Source: Aplysia californica
Taxonomy: Eukaryota
DNA: 64,000 bases
Direction: 5' to 3'
NCBI RefSeq assembly: GCF_000002075.1
Contig: NW_004798335.1
Span: forward strand, 72,038 to 136,037
Of the stretch, positions 58,837-64,000 are shown one piece after another. Under the pieces are notes generated by a model. The model did not search any database. It was not told where the DNA came from and saw only the letters and a program-made list of their open reading frames with translations. Both the position numbers and the translations under genes were made by a program. Position 1 is the first letter of the stretch. Each line of letters begins with the position of its first letter.

Positions 58837-61800
58837 NNNNNNNNNNNNNNNNNNNNNNNNNNNNNNNNNNNNNNNNNNNNNNNNNNNNNNNNNNNNNNNN
58901 NNNNNNNNNNNNNNNNNNNNNNNNNNNNNNNNNNNNGGGAGAGGAGAGAAACTCCGAAAGGAGAGAAGCGATAGAAAAGGTGGAGGGATTTAAAAAAAAG
59001 GTCTTTGAGAATTATTGAGAAAAAGAAACTACGAAAAGAGCGATAAACAAAAAATGGAGGGCTCCACAAGGAATAGTGCATGCTTTAGAACAGAGGGCCA
59101 AGCATACATTTTTTAATACATTGTAAAACCCTTCTAAAGCGTTGCAAAGGAGAAAGAAAACATATTGCACCGCAATGGGGATAACGGAAAGACAATTTTG
59201 ACAGTTGTCTGCCATTGTATGTCAAGTCGTCAACTAAAAATACCTCGTAAATTGATTTTCATTTCTGCCAGGCCACAAATGAAGTGGTCACAAGGGTCCC
59301 TCAAAGCACGCGGTCAGAAATGGAGGCTGCAGTCGCAGCAGCCAAGGCAGCCTTCCCAGCCTGGTCCAACACTACCGTCCTCACCCGCCAGCAGATCATG
59401 TTCAGACTGCAGGACCTCATCAAGAAAAACATGGTACCTGTGTTTAGACGTAAAGAAAGTATTAATGAATAAAACTGCACTTTTATCGATCCTTTTTGGG
59501 AAGTGTGGCTTACAATGGCATACTTACATACAATAATTCTTCAACTTAACATAGAACACTTTATCACACCAGCACTGAAAATCTTGCCCATACGCACCGA
59601 TGCTGGCCTCTATTGTGTTCCACTCTTCACAGAGCATCACAAATTTTTATTTAAATTTAGATCAGCTGAAGCTGTTGTGATTGCAGCTGGAGAAGAAATT
59701 TTTTTTTTCATCTTGACAGAATGCAGACTACAGGTTGACGACAGTTCTGTATTTATATAATTGGAAGTAGAAAGACACACTGTAATAATGATACTGTATG
59801 TCACCTGCATTTTAAATAATTCTTTAACAATTTGACACATTTAAACTATTGTTTTTAGTAAAAACAAATTTGCTCAATCATTGTACCCATTTTAAAAATT
59901 CTGTTGCAAAGATGTACTTTGTAGTATACCATTATGAGTTAAATGCAGAAATAGTGATGAGAAAAATAAAGACTCGATGAAAGTCTTCGTTATGTTAATG
60001 TCTGGGCATGAAGGACTTTATAATATAATGCGTTATGTCCGAAATGTGAAAAATATAGAAAACATTGATCATCATCTTCACATGTTGTGTACTGTTACAG
60101 AAAAAACTGAAATGAAGTGGTATAAAATCATTGGTTACAGTATGTTTTGTAACACAATATTTGTAACAGTATAGATTGATGATACAGCTAAATGTCTAAG
60201 GGATCAAAAGTAAAAGTTCAATAAGTTCAAGTATTCGACATAACCCATGTTGTCACACAGCCCTTCACATAAAAACTAATGACTTCTCTTGTTTCAGAAA
60301 CGTCTTGCAGCAAATATCACATTAGAACAAGGGAAAACCTTGGTTGATGCTGAGGGAGACGTTTTGAGGGGACTGCGTAAGTTTTTTTTGTCACTCATTT
60401 GCTCTGGTTATTTTTATTATGTGTTATATTTTTCTCATTAACACAATGTTCTACCATTGTTAGTGCAGCCTGTGGTTGGAGGGTGCCACTGATAGGTTCC
60501 TCATTCTTTTCTTTCTCTCTATTGTTTCTGTCTGTTTATCTTTCTGTTTTCCTGCTCTAGATGACTTTTATTGTGTTGAACAAACAATAGTTATCAGAGG
60601 TAAAAGCAGCTACATTGTTAGGAATATTCGCAATTGTGAAAATAAGTGAACAATAACCCGTGAATGCTTCACAGGCTTTGAGGCCTCATGTCTGTTTTGG
60701 CATTGATCTAGATAGTTGGATGAACAATTCAGCTTAGGAATCTACTGTTTGATCTTGAGGGATATTTGAAAATTGGTGTCTGTGGTGTTATGGTTGGGCT
60801 CTTCACGGACATATGGAGTTATTGGTATAATCTTAAAGCATGTCCATTTGTCTCGCTTTCGGTGAAGAATACCTTTGTATCCGTAATATAAGTAGAGATA
60901 CATGTGAATGAAAGCGGTGGGGGTCGCCTGGTGTCAGGTAAGCGAGAAAATGGCAGCGTAAGTTTAGTGACTTTCAGAGTTTGAGTGTCCTTTGAACTGT
61001 AAATTTACACATTTTTGTTCCTTTAATCAACGTTCTTCAGTAAAATTCTCACAGAAACGATTGTGTGCTGTCAACAAATAATTTTATCCTGTTGCAGAGG
61101 TTGTGGAGCATTGTTGCAGCATCACGTCTCTCCAGTTGGGGGAGTCGATGCCAGGCATTGCCAAGGACATGGACACCTTCACCTTCAGGATGCCTCTGGG
61201 CGTGACCGCGGGCATCACACCCTTCAACTTCCCAGCCATGATTCCTCTATGGGTACGTCTCTCTTTTCTCAGGTTTTTTTTTTGTTGAAATGTAAATGCT
61301 TTCTTATTTCACAGCATGTTTGAGCGTTTTTTTGCCTTAAAAAAATTCATTATAGAATTACTGTCCGAGAACACAGCACTCTGTTCAAACAGTCTAAAAA
61401 CATAGTGCTCCGTTTAAAATATCTGTTGTGCTGTGCTCAAAATATGTCTGAAGATATAGTGCTGCAACATACACTCACAGGTGCTCAAAATATCCATGTC
61501 TGAAAACATAGTACGGTTAACATGCTAACACAGTTGTTTACTCTGCGTTCTGCTGCTTGTCCGTCGTCCTCTAGATGTTCCCGATGGCTGCTGTGACTGG
61601 CAACACATCAGTGATGAAGCCGTCAGAGCGCGACCCAGGTGCGACCATGATCCTTATGGAGTTGTGCAAGGAAGCTGGTATGCCGCCCGGTGTAGTCAAC
61701 GTGATCCACGGAACACACGACTGTAAGTCCTTTCTGCCTTTTTTTTTTAAGCTTCAGTTTCTGTGCCCCAGTTATAAATATTTGCAATGTTCAACCCAAA

Positions 61801-63474
61801 TAAACAAGGATGTGTACCACCTATACTATTTTACTGTGCAAACTTTTAACATCACAAAATATTTTTTACCCCCCAGGGCGGTGCCACTGACTGAAGTGTC
61901 TTTAGGCCATTTACAACTGGGGGACATTTCTCGTTCTAATGCACAGTAGAATTGTAAATAGGCTGATCTAACAATGTCATGCTCATAACTGTGCCTGAAC
62001 TACAACAGGGAACTGCTGCTTTTTCTTTCCTAATCCTTACTATTGTCATTTTCCTCTACTTCTTTTGTATGTTTGTCACACTCTTGTGACCCTCTATTTC
62101 CGGGGTGCCTTGATAGTCGAAGCAGACTTTGTGCTGTTGAAGATAGAGAGGTGAGCAGAGTAAGTCTGATTCCCTGAAAGGACTTCTCTGTTAACACCCA
62201 CCCCTTGGCGCTCATATGACCTCGTGGAGTTGCGAGCACCGTAAAACTTGTACTAAAACTAAAACTAAAGAAAATATTTTTGAAATTTTGATATGTGTGG
62301 TGTACAATTTATGCTATTTTCAGGGAATTCTCTCGTAACGGTACAATTGTATGCATTATGTGATGTAGGCCAATGGCCTTAAACACGGAATGAAGTACCT
62401 TCCTACCTACCTATGCCTTTACACTTTGAGGCATGGGAGGTTGGAGAGCATCACTGGCAGATGGTGGATAGTTAATGGGTGTTCTAGTGTGGTTTGCTCC
62501 TTCTTTCCTATCAAAAAAATTATTGTCCATATCTCTCCTCCCTCTTTTTTGTGTTAGTTACTCTATTTTAACACTTCTTTGGCACTTGTATGACCTAAGT
62601 GTGGTGCAAGTGCTGTAAATCTTTGTGTATGTCTATTTTGCTTTGTCTCTGGGGGGGGGGGGGATTGTTTTGTACAGGTGATTGTCTTGGGACAGGTGGC
62701 CTTTTAACTGTATTACAGTGTTTCTGTCTCTTGCTGGGATGTTGTACCACACTTTGCCCAGGTGAACCCCGACAGACTGTCGAAGAAGCCTTCTTCTTGA
62801 ATGATAGGAATTATGTTGATTCTTTTTTCTTTTTGTAAAGTGTTTTACGGTGCTCGCAACTGCATAAGGTCATATGAGCGCGCGGGACACACCTAATGTT
62901 TTCAGTTGGTAGGAAATTTTGAATTTTGCCCGGGTGGTGGCCGAAGCCTACTCTTATCGATTTTTAGACCACCAAGGGATCTTTAACGTGCGCAACTTGC
63001 TCACGGGCCCTCCGAGATTTTTCGCCCTTCTCCGAGAAGGCTAGGTGTAGATCTTTCCTACCAGAAGATCAGGGGTGTGGCAGAAAGACAAAAGTTAGGA
63101 GGAGCCAAGGAGTAGTAGTAGAAAGGCTGCAGAAAGAGTCAGGAGCCCAGAGGAGGGGGCAAAGGAGGTGAGGGGGTGGGGGCAGACAGTGGAAATGAAA
63201 GCAGACAACAGAACATTGCTAGAGAGCAGGAAAGGAGGTGAAAGGAGACAATTTTAGAGAAGAAAATTTTTCGGTCGCTACCCGGATTCGAACCCGGGAC
63301 CTTTGAATGAGAGGCCAACACCTTAACCTCTAGGCCACGAGAGCCCCCATTATGTTGATTGTGGTGTAAAACATCTACTCTGTATCAATCTTCTATTTCT
63401 GTTCAACAGCTGTGAACTTCATCTGCGACAACCCTGACATTAAAGCTATATCTTTTGTGGGCTCAGATCAAGCT
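47002..63474 (+). CDS. ALDH6A1: Methylmalonate-semialdehyde dehydrogenase (acylating), mitochondrial; 3'-partial, 8 exons in window
   Basis: Spliced translation MKLLSIIRSLKL-TGSHGLHMSRCYASSV-PTTKMFINNEFVES..NP-ATNEVVTRVPQST..EQGKTLVDAEGDVLRGLQVVEH..GITPFNFPAMIPLWMFP..KPSERDPGA..VNFICDNPDIKAISFVGSDQA carries the MMSDH signature motifs; phases are consistent. Confidence 0.95.
47251..47284. repeat. (TAGATC)n self-complementary microsatellite
   Basis: tagatctagatctagatctagatctagattagat. Confidence 0.85.
50574..51010. mobile_element. Degenerate MITE with about 35-bp imperfect TIRs
   Basis: atgtcatggcgcgatggaatcaggtgctcttca vs tgacgagcgcctgatttcaccatgatgcctcacat; related fragments at about 9560-9900, 37560-37852 and 60930-61060. 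Confidence 0.55.
52007..52596. mobile_element. hAT-like MITE
   Basis: CAGTGCTGTGCGAT ... ATTGGCACAGCTCTA ends; 8-bp TSD GCTTTTAC/GATTTTAC (7/8); many internal TTCGAA/ATTCG motifs. Confidence 0.65.
54347..54394 (+). CDS. ALDH6A1: ALDH6A1 exon (TGSHGLHMSRCYASSV)
   Basis: Strong polypyrimidine tract + tacag| ... GTG|gtaagg; R-x-Y-(A/S) resembles an MPP cleavage site. Confidence 0.72.
54765..55145 (+). mobile_element. Family C retroposon copy (diverged)
   Basis: Same body and tail as the other family C copies. Confidence 0.72.
56028..56445 (+). repeat. 198-bp tandem repeat (2 near-perfect copies; degenerate copies upstream to about 55455)
   Basis: acaatttgcacctgttgtgc at 56028, 56226, 56424. 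Confidence 0.9.
56593..56667 (+). CDS. ALDH6A1: ALDH6A1 exon (PTTKMFINNEFVES..HNP)
   Basis: tgcag| ... CCA|gtgagt. Confidence 0.93.
57122..57292. mobile_element. Tc1/mariner(pogo)-type MITE
   Basis: TA-CAGTCTAGCAC ... GTGCTAGACTG-TA perfect inverted ends. Confidence 0.7.
59272..59433 (+). CDS. ALDH6A1: ALDH6A1 exon (ATNEVVTRVPQST..KKNM)
   Basis: gccag| ... ATG|gtacct. Confidence 0.93.
60298..60376 (+). CDS. ALDH6A1: ALDH6A1 exon (..ITLEQGKTLVDAEGDVLRGL)
   Basis: ttcag| ... C|gtaagt. Confidence 0.94.
61098..61252 (+). CDS. ALDH6A1: ALDH6A1 exon (VVEHCC..GITPFNFPAMIPLW)
   Basis: tgcag| ... TGG|gtacgt. Confidence 0.95.
61575..61722 (+). CDS. ALDH6A1: ALDH6A1 exon (MFPMAAVTGNT..KPSERDPGA..IHG)
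   Basis: tctag| ... T|gtaagt. Confidence 0.95.
61868..62270 (+). mobile_element. About 400-bp retroposon (family C) ending in the shared hairpin + (CTAAAA)n
   Basis: Homologous copies at about 30580-30965 (+), 54765-55145 (+), 44387-44782 (-) and 43200-43340 (-, cut by a gap). Confidence 0.8.
62822..63348 (-). mobile_element. tRNA-derived SINE (family A), full length
   Basis: Inverted copy of 15172-15707; perfect 12-bp TSD ATTATGTTGATT at 62810-62821 and 63349-63360. Confidence 0.9.
63410..63474 (+). CDS. ALDH6A1: ALDH6A1 exon (VNFICDNPDIKAISFVGSDQA)
   Basis: aacag| ... GCT|gtaagt. Confidence 0.94.
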
Positions 63475-64000
63475 GTAAGTATTTAGATTAGCTTGGTTTG
63501 AATGGAAAAACTTAGCTTTTCACTGCCCTGGTGCAAACATGAAGAAAAGTGAAACATTGGAGTGTATCATGTAATTAGGGGTTCGGTTTTCTAAATGTAG
63601 TTTTGAAAATCTAAGAAGTATTAGGAGTGAAATTTATGTAACTTATTAAGATTTGAAACAAGTTATAAAGGGATCTACAAGCCCTCTCTCTCTTCCTTGT
63701 AAATAAGTCTCTGTTGCTGCTCTTGTATACTGTGGCTGCCGTTTTGTTGTTTTGACATGTTAAAAATAATATTGTGTCTTGGTATGAAGCCAAGATTTTA
63801 CTCTGTATGAGGATACACCCCAGCTGACTAATGAAGCTTTCATACTTTCCGCTTGATTTGGTAGTGATTGGGATTATGTTCCTTTTACAAGCAGAAAAGT
63901 TCCATTGCATTTTGCCATAATTTGTGGATGGTTACCAGGTGCTCTGGTGTGATTTGCTCCTTCTTTCCTGTCAAACAGCTATCATCCTTATCTCTCCTTT

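Overview
Eukaryotic (metazoan, probably lophotrochozoan/gastropod-like; this is an inference from repeat content and protein similarity) intron-rich genomic DNA with six assembly gaps (about 16178-16316, 36042-36999, 39307-39534, 43341-43440, 54160-54308, 58837-58936). It has two plus-strand spliced genes. (1) The 3' part of a TRIP12/Ufd4-type HECT E3 ubiquitin ligase: 33 coding exons traced by hand from 1061 to the TAG at 38399-38401, all GT-AG and phase-consistent, about 1585 aa, with ARM repeats, WWE and HECT domains; the N-terminus lies upstream of the window. (2) The 5' part of ALDH6A1 (methylmalonate-semialdehyde dehydrogenase): 8 coding exons from 47002 to 63474, continuing past the window. 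Nearly all other ORFs in the track are spurious. The introns hold tRNA-derived SINEs, a 5'-truncated RNase H-bearing LINE, several MITEs (TTAA, TA and 8-bp TSD types) and minisatellites. The most notable observations: many TRIP12 splice junctions are locally tandem-duplicated, and two duplicate donors are in frame and stop-free; three short retroposon families share one 3' hairpin with compensatory base changes; the commonest repeat is almost always in the sense orientation; one acceptor sits behind a 200-nt AG-free zone; and there is a perfect 54-bp palindrome in the intergenic region. No prokaryotic-type system (CRISPR, operon) is present.
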